A stretch of DNA of 64,000 nucleotides from Chlamydiota bacterium (GTDB taxonomy: Bacteria; Chlamydiota; Chlamydiia; Chlamydiales; RGXB01), in assembly GCA_947494155.1 (NCBI GenBank), contig CANLTW010000008.1:1-64000 (forward strand), written 5' to 3'. The notes under the pieces are model-generated. The model ran no database searches and had not been told where the DNA came from. It saw nothing but the letters and a program-made list of their open reading frames with translations. Position 1 is the first letter of the stretch. Each line of letters starts with the position of its first letter. Both the position numbers and the translations under genes were made by a program. This document shows, one piece after another, positions 20,079 to 30,162 of the stretch.

Positions 20079-21119
20079 ATGGCTAAAAAATGTGTTGTAG
20101 TCGGACTTTCGGGAGGAGTCGATTCGTCGCTAAGCGCTAAACTTCTTAAAGATGAGGGGCACGAGGTGATTGGGCTTTTCATGAAGAATTGGGAAGAGGA
20201 GAATGAGGCGGGCTTTTGTCCGGTAGAAGAGGACCAAAAAGATGTGATCCGCGTCGCCTCCACGCTTGAAATCCCCTACTACACCGTCAACTATGCCAAG
20301 GAGTATAAAGAAAAAGTTTTTGACACCTTTCTTGAGGGTTTGAAAAAAGGGCTTACACCGAATCCTGACCTGTTGTGCAACAGGGAAATCAAATTCAACG
20401 CACTCCTTAAAACCGCACAAAATCTGGGTGCAGACTTTTTGGCTACCGGTCACTACTGCAGGCGGGATTTGGACGGACGACTTTTAAAAGGGATCGACCC
20501 CTATAAGGACCAAAGCTATTTTTTGGCTCAAGTCCCCTCTTCTGCCCTCCAAAAGGCCCTCTTCCCAATAGGATCGCTACACAAACCGGCCGTGCGGGAA
20601 ATGGCAAAAATGGGTGGGCTTGCCACGCATGCGAAAAAAGATAGCACAGGAATTTGCTTCATAGGGAATAAAAATTTTAAAAAATTTATTCAAAACTATA
20701 TCCCCTCTACCCAAGGGCATTTCTACGACCTCGAGAGTAAGCAAAAGATTGCAAGCCACGAGGGTGCCTGCTTTTATACGATCGGGGAAAGGGCGCGCAT
20801 TTCGGGGCATGACGCCCCCTACTTTGTGGCAAAAAAAGAGGAGAATGCCGTTTTTGTCGTCAAAGGGGGGAATCACCCTCTTTTATACACTTCTAATGTA
20901 CAGGTTTCCAATCCTTTCTGGATACACAATACCCCCGATTGGACTAGGACCTACACCGCAAAAATCCGTTACAGGCAACAGGACCAGGAGTGCAAGCTTA
21001 TAAAGGGGGAAAACGGTTTACTTGTTGAGTTTAAAGAACCTCAGCGAGCTGTGACTCCGGGCCAATTTGCCGTCTTTTATGATGGTGATGTCTGCCTGGG
21101 TAGCGCAATCATTGATTGA
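20079..21119 (+). CDS. mnmA: tRNA 2-thiouridylase
   Basis: SGGVDS, TPNPDLLCN, ATGHY, KDQSYFL, KKDSTGICFIG, AVTPGQ. Confidence 0.97.
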   Translation: MAKKCVVVGLSGGVDSSLSAKLLKDEGHEVIGLFMKNWEEENEAGFCPVEEDQKDVIRVASTLEIPYYTVNYAKEYKEKVFDTFLEGLKKGLTPNPDLLCNREIKFNALLKTAQNLGADFLATGHYCRRDLDGRLLKGIDPYKDQSYFLAQVPSSALQKALFPIGSLHKPAVREMAKMGGLATHAKKDSTGICFIGNKNFKKFIQNYIPSTQGHFYDLESKQKIASHEGACFYTIGERARISGHDAPYFVAKKEENAVFVVKGGNHPLLYTSNVQVSNPFWIHNTPDWTRTYTAKIRYRQQDQECKLIKGENGLLVEFKEPQRAVTPGQFAVFYDGDVCLGSAIID

Positions 21120-21152
21120 GCTATTTTGTAATATCTGCTATTATATACCCTA

Positions 21153-21980
21153 ATGAAAAAGACCTACCTTACCTTTAAAAAAATCAGCATCTTATTGATA
21201 GACATCCTGTTACATGCAGGCCTCTTTTCACCGCTTTTCATGCTCCCCGGCTACCTGCCTCTTTTATCCCTGATTCTTTTCCCACTTTGTATCTATTTGG
21301 AAAGAAAATTTGTGGGGTGCACCTTTGGAGAGCTCCTATCAAATAAAAAATTTGTTTTATACCCAAGTTTTAAAACACTATTTAAGACCCCCGTCTTTAT
21401 CAAGCCTGCCATAGGGATTAAAAGGGGGCGTCTTCTAAAGATTTTTCTCCCTATCGCCTCCATCCTAAGCTTTGTGCTTGCTGAGCCACTCGATTCTTTT
21501 AATACCTCCCGTCCCCAAACTGCAAAAATGGCCTATGTTGAAGAGCTTAATTGCCATATTGCCCAACCGGCTAATGGAAAGTTCTCAAAAGGGGTATTGA
21601 AGCTTCCCCGAAATGGGGGAAATCTTCCCTACCAAATCTACAAAATTGAGGACAAAACCGACCAGATGTGGTATTCGATTCAAAGATCCGATATGCACTC
21701 TGATTGGACCCGTTACCCCCTATCTATTATTATGAAAGGGGCCGTTTACGTGATCTTAAACGATCTTAAACTCGATAAAATTCACTCAAAAGAGTCGGGC
21801 TCTCATCAAGGAAATAAATCAACAGTCATCCGCGGGATGAAAAATAATCAAGCTGAACTCGTTCGGATTGTTTTATTTAACAAGCAGATCTATAAAATTC
21901 AGGTTACCTACCCCCATTTGGATGTGGAAAAAGAGCAAAAAGCTATAGATTTTATCGATTCTTTTACACCTAAATCCTAA
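21153..21980 (+). CDS. Hypothetical membrane protein (RDD-like N-terminus, soluble C-domain)
   Basis: LLID...GCTFGELL resembles RDD; three hydrophobic helices then a soluble domain ending FIDSF. Confidence 0.65.
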   Translation: MKKTYLTFKKISILLIDILLHAGLFSPLFMLPGYLPLLSLILFPLCIYLERKFVGCTFGELLSNKKFVLYPSFKTLFKTPVFIKPAIGIKRGRLLKIFLPIASILSFVLAEPLDSFNTSRPQTAKMAYVEELNCHIAQPANGKFSKGVLKLPRNGGNLPYQIYKIEDKTDQMWYSIQRSDMHSDWTRYPLSIIMKGAVYVILNDLKLDKIHSKESGSHQGNKSTVIRGMKNNQAELVRIVLFNKQIYKIQVTYPHLDVEKEQKAIDFIDSFTPKS

Positions 21981-22029
21981 TAATTTAGAGAATTGCCCTG
22001 TTATTTGCTTTTGAGGTAGCGTAAGAATT

Positions 22030-22440
22030 ATGTACTCGCGCCTTTTAGCGTCCCTCATTTTTCTACTACCTTTTCTGTTCCCGCTCCATCCAAAAGAGAT
22101 TCTGTTTGTGAGCGCCGATTGCCCAGCTTGCTACTACAGATTGGAAAAACTCAAAGAGGAGGGGCGTTTTCCCAGACTTTTTGCGATAGACCAGTCTTTA
22201 GAGGTGAACTGCCTGCTGAAAAAGCTGTACCAAATAGATCCTAAATCCCAAGAACCTTTTCTTCTCCTACTCCACTCAAAGCCTAAAAAAATTGCACTTA
22301 CCCCATTTTGTCTAGAGATGCAAATTGATAAGAATGAGCTATTAGAATGCAAAAATTGCTCGTTATATCAGTTAAGCGTGAATGAAATTCTCTATTATGT
22401 TATCAGTAAATTCATATCGATAATTCCTTACGGAAGTTAA
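22030..22440 (+). CDS. Small exported thioredoxin-fold (DsbA-like) protein
   Basis: Signal-like N-terminus, FVSADCPAC (CxxC), later LTP (possible cis-Pro loop); adjacent to dsbB-like gene. Confidence 0.55.
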   Translation: MYSRLLASLIFLLPFLFPLHPKEILFVSADCPACYYRLEKLKEEGRFPRLFAIDQSLEVNCLLKKLYQIDPKSQEPFLLLLHSKPKKIALTPFCLEMQIDKNELLECKNCSLYQLSVNEILYYVISKFISIIPYGS

Positions 22441-22496
22441 TACCTAAGCAATATCTCCGTATGATTAAATCTCTTTTGTTGAAGGCGACCGTTTAA

Positions 22497-22877
22497 ATGT
22501 ACGCTCTAAAAAAACTCCTGCTGATCATGGCTTTGCTCTTTAGCTCTTCCATTTCTTTGTTCTTTGAATCCTGTGTTCTTTGCGTTTTTTTAAGACTGAC
22601 GCTTTTAATCCTTATTTTGATTCCCCAAAGCTTTGAGAAAGTCTCTTTAGGGCTGGAAATTTCGGGGCTTTTGGTCTCTTTACTCTTAAGTTTTATTCAA
22701 AACCCCCTCTTTTGTGAAAGCGGCTGTAATACGCTACTTTCCATTTTGCCGTTGACAAGCCTTTGTGTTTTCTTTTTTCTATTAATTCTAAGGCTTACCA
22801 AGGCGCCTTCCAAGAGTACTGCAGTTTTAAAAGACACACCTTTGCCCCCGTCAAAAGAAAATAGAGAAGAGGATTAA
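22497..22877 (+). CDS. dsbB: DsbB/BdbC-like disulfide bond formation membrane protein
   Basis: Four TM segments; SCVLCVFLR matches the PCxLCxxQR motif; second Cys pair CESGC. Confidence 0.65.
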   Translation: MYALKKLLLIMALLFSSSISLFFESCVLCVFLRLTLLILILIPQSFEKVSLGLEISGLLVSLLLSFIQNPLFCESGCNTLLSILPLTSLCVFFFLLILRLTKAPSKSTAVLKDTPLPPSKENREED

Positions 22878-22937
22878 ACCCCCTTTTTTAAGAGAAATTC
22901 TTGGGTCTAATAACCCACTTAGGGTTATAATTTTTTT

Positions 22938-23333
22938 ATGAAACGTTTTTATAGAAATCAATTTGATAAGAAATTTTTAGGTGTCCTGGGTGGAATAGCT
23001 TTAGTTTTCAAAATGGATTCTAATTTTTTAAGGCTTCTATTTGTCCTTATTTCTGCAACTCCACTGTTCCCAATTATGGCAGCAATCTATCTCGTACTTG
23101 CCGTAGTCATGCCCGAGGGGGGAAGAATCATGATCGAAAACCCTGGCAATAGGCTGAGAAGATCGTTGAGTGACCGGAAACTTTCTGGTCTTTGTGGGGG
23201 TCTGGGTAAATTTTTTCGTATCGATTCTACTCTGGTGCGACTCATTTTTATTGTTGTGGCCTTTACTACTTTTTTCCTTCCGATTATTGTAACCTATATT
23301 GCGGGCGCAATTCTTGTACCGGAAGGAGATTGA
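22938..23333 (+). CDS. pspC: Tandem PspC-domain protein
   Basis: Two copies of R...D+K..G..GG.....D...RL.F. Confidence 0.88.
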   Translation: MKRFYRNQFDKKFLGVLGGIALVFKMDSNFLRLLFVLISATPLFPIMAAIYLVLAVVMPEGGRIMIENPGNRLRRSLSDRKLSGLCGGLGKFFRIDSTLVRLIFIVVAFTTFFLPIIVTYIAGAILVPEGD

Positions 23334-24529
23334 TGGAGTATTATCTTGGAGTAGACCTTGGCACAACCTGTATCAAAGCGATGATTGTGGATGAGAATGG
23401 AAAAATTCTCTCTTTATCCTCTCAATCCAACCCCATCAAAAGACTGGATCAAAAAGTTCGACAAGATCTTTTCACTCTTATACAGCTCATACGAGAGACA
23501 ATAGACCGCTGCATTTTAGAGTCAAAATTACAAACCTCCCAGATCACTTTGATGGCTCTAAGTAGCCAAAGAGAAAGTTTTGCCTTTTTCGACTCCTCAG
23601 GCGTCTCTCCCCTATTTGGCTGGCAAGATACCACTAAACCCAGCAGTCTTAACCTTTCTAAAAAAGTCAAAATAGCAACTCTCGACACACTATTTTTTTT
23701 ACATCTCACCGACAAAAAATTGTTTGTTACAGATACAACACAAGCTAGCTATGCTAAATTTCAGGATGTCTTGGCACAAAAAGCCGAAACGGTTCCGTCC
23801 GAATACCCTTTTGGATGCTATAGAGGCATTCCGATCCGTGTTTCGGTTGCCGACCATGCTGCTACCCTTTACGCCTCAAGTCAACCAACGGCATTAGTCC
23901 TAGGCACTGGAGCTTTTTTGCTGAACCAAGTCGATGAAGAGAATGGTAAAAACGGAAAGTGCGCAGATAAAAAATACCTCGGGATCGAAACCGGGGGAGG
24001 AAAAGTCCGTTTTAGAGAAATGGGGATACCCGAGCTTGCCCCGATTTTGCAAAACCTTGTTCACCACTTTAGCCCCGTGAGAACATTTGAAGATTTAGAA
24101 TCTCTTGCAGCTGCTTCTTTCCATTCAAAAGGGCTTTTTTACCACCCTCAACTTAAAGAATTAAAAGGGTACTCTACATCAATAGGTCTTTGTGAATGGA
24201 CACGCTCATTCGTTGAGGGGTTCACATTCTCGATCAAAGAGCTCATAGATGCCATGCAAAAAAATCAACACTCCCTTTTTGCGGTTCTTCCGATCTCCGG
24301 TGGGGTAAGTAGATCAAATTATATGATGCAACTCTTAAGCGACATCACCGGAATCGGATTAAAACGTGCACGGTGCGTAGATACAGACCTGCTAGGGGCT
24401 ATTAAATTGGCCTCTAAAAACCCCCTTAAAAAACTTCTTGAAGACGAAAGAGTTTTTCAACCACAAATCAACACCGTTTTGCATGATTCCTATCGTTTAT
24501 GGAGAGAGACCTTTTACGGAAATTTATAA
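23330..24529 (+). CDS. FGGY-family carbohydrate kinase (glycerol kinase-like, shortened)
   Basis: GVDLGTT, SQRES, WQD, VTDTTQAS, ADH, LGTGAF, SGGVSRS; about 100 aa shorter than typical GlpK. Confidence 0.8.
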   Translation: MMEYYLGVDLGTTCIKAMIVDENGKILSLSSQSNPIKRLDQKVRQDLFTLIQLIRETIDRCILESKLQTSQITLMALSSQRESFAFFDSSGVSPLFGWQDTTKPSSLNLSKKVKIATLDTLFFLHLTDKKLFVTDTTQASYAKFQDVLAQKAETVPSEYPFGCYRGIPIRVSVADHAATLYASSQPTALVLGTGAFLLNQVDEENGKNGKCADKKYLGIETGGGKVRFREMGIPELAPILQNLVHHFSPVRTFEDLESLAAASFHSKGLFYHPQLKELKGYSTSIGLCEWTRSFVEGFTFSIKELIDAMQKNQHSLFAVLPISGGVSRSNYMMQLLSDITGIGLKRARCVDTDLLGAIKLASKNPLKKLLEDERVFQPQINTVLHDSYRLWRETFYGNL

Positions 24530-24698
24530 ATATTTTTCTTTTAGACGCAAAAGCTTCCTAAGAAAAACTTTTGCCCCCCAACAGCTTTTCTTGAACTTTG
24601 CCCCTTTTTTGGGTATACTATTTTTTTGCTGGTTGCCTACGCTTGTTAAAAATCCCCCCCAACCAGGTAAATACGTGCTTTCTATTGGACAAGAGACT

Positions 24699-25331
24699 AT
24701 GAAAAAAGACCCTCACCCTAACGCTGTTGTTTTTATTGGACCACCCGGATCGGGAAAAGGAACCCAAGCGGAAAAACTTAAAGGATTCCAGCATATCTCT
24801 ACAGGGGATCTTCTTAGAGCTGAAATACAGAAACAGACACCACTAGGGCTAAGTTGTAAAGAAAAAATCGAAAAAGGGGAGATGGTCCCCGACAGCCTTA
24901 TCTCCAGCCTTATCGAGTCCCACTTTTCTCCTAAAATTCTTTTGGACGGTTACCCACGTACCGTAGTGCAAGCAGAGTGGCTTCAAGATAAAGTACATAT
25001 TTCACAAGTTTTCTTTTTTGATGTCGATGTAGAAAAGCTTGTACATCGTCTCACCAATAGGCGTGTTTGCCCCTCTTGCAAAAGCGTTTATAACCTTGTC
25101 TCTAAGCCACCCTTGAAGGCTCTTACCTGTGATAAATGCACTACCCCTTTGATTCAAAGAGCTGATGATGTGGAAGAGGTCATACGCAATCGTATGCGTG
25201 TGTATCAATTGGAGACCGCCCCTTTAATAGAATTTTATGATAAAAAAGGGGTTTTAACAAAATTAGATGCATCAAAAGACCCTGACGAAATCATGCAACT
25301 AATACAGGATATAATTTTCAAAAGGGTCTAA
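24699..25331 (+). CDS. adk: Adenylate kinase
   Basis: GPPGSGKGTQA, HISTGDLLR, LDGYPR, Zn-lid CPSC...CDKC, RADD; start moved to ATG 24699. Confidence 0.96.
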   Translation: MKKDPHPNAVVFIGPPGSGKGTQAEKLKGFQHISTGDLLRAEIQKQTPLGLSCKEKIEKGEMVPDSLISSLIESHFSPKILLDGYPRTVVQAEWLQDKVHISQVFFFDVDVEKLVHRLTNRRVCPSCKSVYNLVSKPPLKALTCDKCTTPLIQRADDVEEVIRNRMRVYQLETAPLIEFYDKKGVLTKLDASKDPDEIMQLIQDIIFKRV

Positions 25332-25346
25332 TCCTTTCTAAAAACT

Positions 25347-25781
25347 CTATTCTCGGGATTTATATTCAGTAGCTGCTTTCATAATATTCTTTATAGCCTC
25401 AAGCTCACTTGTTCGACGCGCATTATCCGGATCGCGCGGCGAACCTATGACTGGGATTTCTCTAAAGAGTTGAGCCCTTTCGAGAAGAAATTTATTCAGG
25501 TTTTGAACCAAAACATCCACTCTGGCGTCAAGGATCTCTTTTGCAATTAAACCCTTGGTCTCCTTGATAGCATTCCACTCAATCTTCATCTGCTCGATTT
25601 TTTGGGTATCGGAGGTCCATCTTTTCTTTTCCAAGTCTGAACGGGGAGTGGTGCATCCCACCTTCATAAGACAAAATCTGAAATGGTTATCAACTGCTCT
25701 TTCGAGCTTAGGGGTCTCAGCGTTTTCCCTATCGGAATCTTCCTGGGGGAGCAAATTCAAAGTCAGTCGAGGTATTGTCAT
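25347..25781 (-). CDS. Hypothetical protein (effector-like)
   Basis: ORF from ATG 25781 (MTIPRLTLNL...); no family recognised. Confidence 0.6.
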   Translation of the reverse strand: MTIPRLTLNLLPQEDSDRENAETPKLERAVDNHFRFCLMKVGCTTPRSDLEKKRWTSDTQKIEQMKIEWNAIKETKGLIAKEILDARVDVLVQNLNKFLLERAQLFREIPVIGSPRDPDNARRTSELEAIKNIMKAATEYKSRE

Positions 25782-25950
25782 AATAATTCTAGCTATTTTT
25801 TTTTGTTTAATTGGCTTTAAGCCGATCAATTATAATTCAAGGCCTGATTAAATGAAAGTTTGCGCATCCCCCCTCCGGCCAAAAAAAGCAAGGGGGTTTT
25901 TAAATCGATTCCCCTTCTCACTCAACCCCTAGACTTAAGGGTAAATTTTT

Positions 25951-27279
25951 TTAAGCACTCCTTGTTGCCAAACGTTTTACCATACCAGGAAAAAGAAAAA
26001 GGTGGATGGGATAGGTTACCCACCAATAAAAGCGCCCGAGTACTCCTGAGGGTCTGAATACCGCTTTTTGTCTAAGAAATCCATCCTGAATCCAAAATTC
26101 TAACCAGGCCTCACCGGGCATTCGCATCGTTGCATATAACAGGATATGCTTATTTTCTTTGTCCTCAATCAGTATGTCCCAAACATCAAAAAAATCTTTC
26201 TTTCCCCCAAAAAGATAATCGATAGCGATGCGAATCTTCCAAGCCCAATTCATGAAATAAAAGCGATCCTGACTCTGACCAAAATACTGCAAACGGTACC
26301 ACAGATTAGGCTCTGCAATATTCAAGGGAGCTTTCGCCTCATAGGAGAGGGTACCAAAGGTGGGTGCATGCCCCTCCTCTGTTTTTATAAACGCCTCTTT
26401 GCATGCCTCCTCAAAAGTTTTAGGCACTAAAGAGATAATTTTCTTGATGGAGTCATCGTGAACATACGTGTCATTTTTAAGACTTAAAACCAGACTTTGG
26501 GCCAATTTAAATGTCGTACTGGTGACAAAATAAATCCAGTAAGAGGAGAGTTTTGGCGTCAAAAAGGGGACAGGAATGATTAGACGGCGAAAACCTCTAA
26601 ATTTAGCAAAACGCAACAGCATATCCCGATAGGAGATCACCTCAGGACCGCCGATTTCAAAAATCTTCCGAATACACTCTGGATGATTTGCCACTTCGGT
26701 TAAGTAACGCAAGACATCCGATATTGCTAATGGTTGAGAGCGGTTATTTACCCACTTGGGGGTGATCATAACCGGAAGATGCTCGACCAGATCCCTTATA
26801 ATTTCAAAAGAGGCCGATCCTGAAGCCAAAATAATTGCAGCGCGCAAAATGGTGTAGGGTAGATCGGCTTGAACAAAAATCTCTTCTACTTTGCGGCGAC
26901 TTAAAAGATGCTTGGATAACACATCCTCCTCTCGACCAAGCCCGCTCAAATAGATCACTTGCCTTAATTCACTTTTTTTTACCCAATCCACAAAATTGTG
27001 GGCTATTTGCTGCTCTTTTAAATCGAAATCGCTCCCTTCCGACATGGAATGGACAAAAAAGTAGGCCGCATCAAGGTTTTGAGGCAACGGGGGCAGTGTT
27101 TGGGGTAGAAGCAAATCGCCGACAAGAATATGGATTGCTGGCCCCCTAAAAGGGAGTTTCTGGGGATCTCTGACTAGGCAATAGAGCTCAACCTCGCTTT
27201 GATCCTTTAAAAAATCCACAAGCGCTTTACCGATAGAACCCGAGGAACCCGTAATAAGAAATTTCTTACCCATAGCCAT
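25951..27279 (-). CDS. YbjT-like NAD(P)-binding atypical SDR with C-terminal DUF2867-like domain
   Basis: ITGSSGSIG, VHSM, YLSGL, SKHLLSR, SASFE, MRMPGEAWLEF, GVLGRFYW. Confidence 0.88.
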   Translation of the reverse strand: MAMGKKFLITGSSGSIGKALVDFLKDQSEVELYCLVRDPQKLPFRGPAIHILVGDLLLPQTLPPLPQNLDAAYFFVHSMSEGSDFDLKEQQIAHNFVDWVKKSELRQVIYLSGLGREEDVLSKHLLSRRKVEEIFVQADLPYTILRAAIILASGSASFEIIRDLVEHLPVMITPKWVNNRSQPLAISDVLRYLTEVANHPECIRKIFEIGGPEVISYRDMLLRFAKFRGFRRLIIPVPFLTPKLSSYWIYFVTSTTFKLAQSLVLSLKNDTYVHDDSIKKIISLVPKTFEEACKEAFIKTEEGHAPTFGTLSYEAKAPLNIAEPNLWYRLQYFGQSQDRFYFMNWAWKIRIAIDYLFGGKKDFFDVWDILIEDKENKHILLYATMRMPGEAWLEFWIQDGFLRQKAVFRPSGVLGRFYWWVTYPIHLFLFPGMVKRLATRSA

Positions 27280-27330
27280 TTAACCAGTTAGAGTTTTTTC
27301 CATCTAGTCATACCATTTTTATCAAAAAAA

Positions 27331-28446
27331 ATGTATAATTTTATCCTTATGAAGGTTAGAGAAACCCCTTATACGCCAATCGATGAGCCCCCAGTACTCG
27401 TTTACTATGGAGGTGGGCTGGAGGAAAAACTTCAAACTCCTCAATGCATTTACACCACAAACGCGGTGTCGTCTCTCTATTTTATAAATTTTATTAGCGA
27501 CATCTACCAAAGCGCTAAAGAGTTAGCTGCCGATTTTAAAAACAAAAGGCTTTTACCTATCACAAGTGGTTTTATTAAGATGCTCAGTAGCCCTCTGAAC
27601 TTTTTCTACTCATTAGGGACCATTATAAAACTGGCTTTTGAGACCCACAGCCTAGCTCTCCCTTTTTTAAAGGTTTTCAGTCCAATTATTGCTTTAGCCT
27701 ACACCACACTCGAAACTGCTCGAGATATCCTTCATCTTTCCCATCTAAATAAAATTGAAAAGGAGATAAAAGGGATTTTTTCTTTAGAGGACGGATTCAA
27801 GAAAGCGGACCTTCTCACCGAAAAGATCCATAAAGACCCCCATTTTACAAAGATATTCGGGACTAAAATACCCCAAATACTACAAGTCCACATCAATGAT
27901 TTTCTTTTACATGAGAATAAAGAGTCTCTTAACGAGGCCGATCTATTGATCCAAAAACAGTTCAGTAAGGCCAGATTCATTTACTCTATATCTCTAGTCT
28001 GTTTGGCATTAAGCGGCTTAACGATTGTTCTAGGGATCTTTTTAGCCCCACCTATCGCGATTGTATCCTTAGGTCTGATTGCAACAGCTATTTCTGTTGT
28101 GAGAAACATCTCCATCCCCGCTTATCTTTACCAACCAGGAGACAAACTTGTCATGAGGGACGCTTTTCCCGACTGGATCAAAAACCCCATTTCTACTATT
28201 GTAGACTCGTGTGGCAAACTTTCCTCAAAATCGCGCAATATTTGGACAAAAAGGGACAAATTCTTGAGGCAGTCGGCTCCCCAGACATCAATAAAATATG
28301 CACCTTCCTCATCGAACCAAAAACTCACTCCATTCTCCTCATCCTCTTTTTGGCCGCAACAAGACTCAAAGCCAAAAAAATCCGACAAGCAGCCTTTGCT
28401 TCCCTTAGCCTCTATCCCCTTATCTTCGGAATTAAGCTTTTTGTAG
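27331..28446 (+). CDS. Hypothetical membrane protein, Inc-like bilobed hydrophobic domain
   Basis: ~42-aa hydrophobic hairpin FIYSISLVCLALSGLTIVLGIFLAPPIAIVSLGLIATAISVV. Confidence 0.7.
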   Translation: MYNFILMKVRETPYTPIDEPPVLVYYGGGLEEKLQTPQCIYTTNAVSSLYFINFISDIYQSAKELAADFKNKRLLPITSGFIKMLSSPLNFFYSLGTIIKLAFETHSLALPFLKVFSPIIALAYTTLETARDILHLSHLNKIEKEIKGIFSLEDGFKKADLLTEKIHKDPHFTKIFGTKIPQILQVHINDFLLHENKESLNEADLLIQKQFSKARFIYSISLVCLALSGLTIVLGIFLAPPIAIVSLGLIATAISVVRNISIPAYLYQPGDKLVMRDAFPDWIKNPISTIVDSCGKLSSKSRNIWTKRDKFLRQSAPQTSIKYAPSSSNQKLTPFSSSSFWPQQDSKPKKSDKQPLLPLASIPLSSELSFL

Positions 28447-28781
28447 GAAGATCAAGACCTTATCTCAACGAGGATATTTTTAGTTTTCATCCTCTAAGCT
28501 TTCAGGAGATTCACTCCTCATTCCCCTCTTCACACGCAGCAGCTTTAGGCCTATTTCTTTCCATTTTTCGCCCCAAATTTTGGCCCCTTTTAGTCCCCTT
28601 AGCTCTTGTGCGCGTCGTGGAGAAAATGCATTATCCATCCGATATTTTTGCGGGGCTTTTGTTGGGATTTTTTCTCCCTAAACTCACAAACGCCGCTTTG
28701 AGTTATTTTGAGAAAAAAGCTCCCCTTAAATGGTTCCTGAAGGATTCTAAAGAACCTATGAGTGAAAAAAAAACCGTTTAG
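28209..28781 (+). CDS. PAP2-family lipid phosphatase
   Basis: K-x6-RP (KLFVGRSRP), SFPSSH, R-x5-H-x3-D (RVVEKMHYPSD). Confidence 0.88.
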   Translation: MWQTFLKIAQYLDKKGQILEAVGSPDINKICTFLIEPKTHSILLILFLAATRLKAKKIRQAAFASLSLYPLIFGIKLFVGRSRPYLNEDIFSFHPLSFQEIHSSFPSSHAAALGLFLSIFRPKFWPLLVPLALVRVVEKMHYPSDIFAGLLLGFFLPKLTNAALSYFEKKAPLKWFLKDSKEPMSEKKTV

Positions 28782-28782
28782 T

Positions 28783-29936
28783 CTAGCGCTTTTGGAAAAA
28801 AACCATTTTTGCCACCCTGGATACACAGATCCTATCGATGGGCAGGTTCACCATCAGAGCATAATGGTTACCCAAGCTAATACTATTTCCTCTCCCTGTT
28901 GAGGACTGCAAATGATCTCCTCCACATAAGTAGAGCGACTCTTTCGCCTCGTTGGTGATTTCAATGATGTAGTAACGCACCATCCTTTGGGTGCCATCCA
29001 AAATAAACCCGGCATACAAAGGGGTATTGGATTCATCAAGACAAATCACAAGATCATGATCTTTCGGATTAGCCACGATCTGATAGGACATCTGGGTGCT
29101 TAAGAATTTAAACACATCGCTCGGATTGCTAAGTAGAGCGAGTAAAGAGGCTGTGATAGGTTCTTTTAAAGTAAATAAAGTGAGCCCCAAAGAGTGTTGG
29201 AAGCGACTCCAGTCCCCTTTTTCTCCAATCTTCTCCCCATATTCAACAGCAATCATTTGAGCAACCTGTGGTTGCATCAGACGGGTTGTTTCGTAAAAAG
29301 AGCTGATCATCAGACTTTTTAAAGAGCGAAATATTATGCTTCGCTTCATGACCTTTGTTTTATAAAATTCGTCGTAAATATTCTCTATTGATCTGAAGAA
29401 AATCTCTTGAGTCTGTTGCGCTAACTCTTGATTCCAGATCCTGTTCAGATTTTCAAAAAAGGGCATCATTCCCAATTTTATCGTCTTAATTTCGCGGCGA
29501 AGGTCCTCATCAGTATGGATAAAAGCCGAACTTTTACCAATAACATCCGCTAAAAGCTCCTTCGCCTTTTTTTTGAAACAAGCCCTGTTTCCAGGGAAAC
29601 CTCTTCAACAATAGCCTCCTTATCTAAAATCATCTGAGCCTCCATTTTGACCCAGTTATCTCTGTATACTTTTTGTATATGAAACAGGATTCCATCCAAA
29701 ACAACCAGTCCGTTAACTAAAAAAATGAGCCTCTCCTCGGGGTGTTTATGGGACGGATCTATCCGATAAAAAGTCCTTTTAAGCCCCCTTTTAAGGGCTG
29801 GATGCGTCTTTATTTCATGAACTTCCGGGTGAAAACCGGCACTTAGATCAAAGGCAACTGAGTTGATTGTCATAGGTCTCTTTTCGATTTTTTTCATACC
29901 TTTTTTTAACCAAAAAGGTTTGGTTAACCCCCTCAA
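28783..29936 (-). pseudogene. Hypothetical gene split by a frameshift at an A8 run (ORFs 29550-29936 and 28783-29475)
   Basis: The downstream ORF's frame stays open upstream through the minus-strand A8 at 29567-29574, and the upstream ORF stops about 5 codons after it; one extra A fuses them. Confidence 0.6.
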
Positions 29937-30162
29937 TGCAGGGGGGCAAATTTAGCTTGAAACACCCCATAAATGCAACCCTTTATTAGATAGTGGATTA
30001 AGAAGCCCCACAGTTAAGCCCTACCTAAGGTACTTACTATTAATGCTCTTTCTTGAGCTCAAAGAAATGCTTTTACTCAACCTCTCTAAAATTAGATTTA
30101 TATGTTTTTTTATTAAAAACATCTGTATACTAGTGCTAATAGAATTGTTATAGGTCTTTATT

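Noticed and set aside
24438..24698. 87-aa N-terminal extension of adenylate kinase
   Set aside because: Overlaps the upstream kinase and promoter-like sequence; ATG 24699 gives a normal-length Adk
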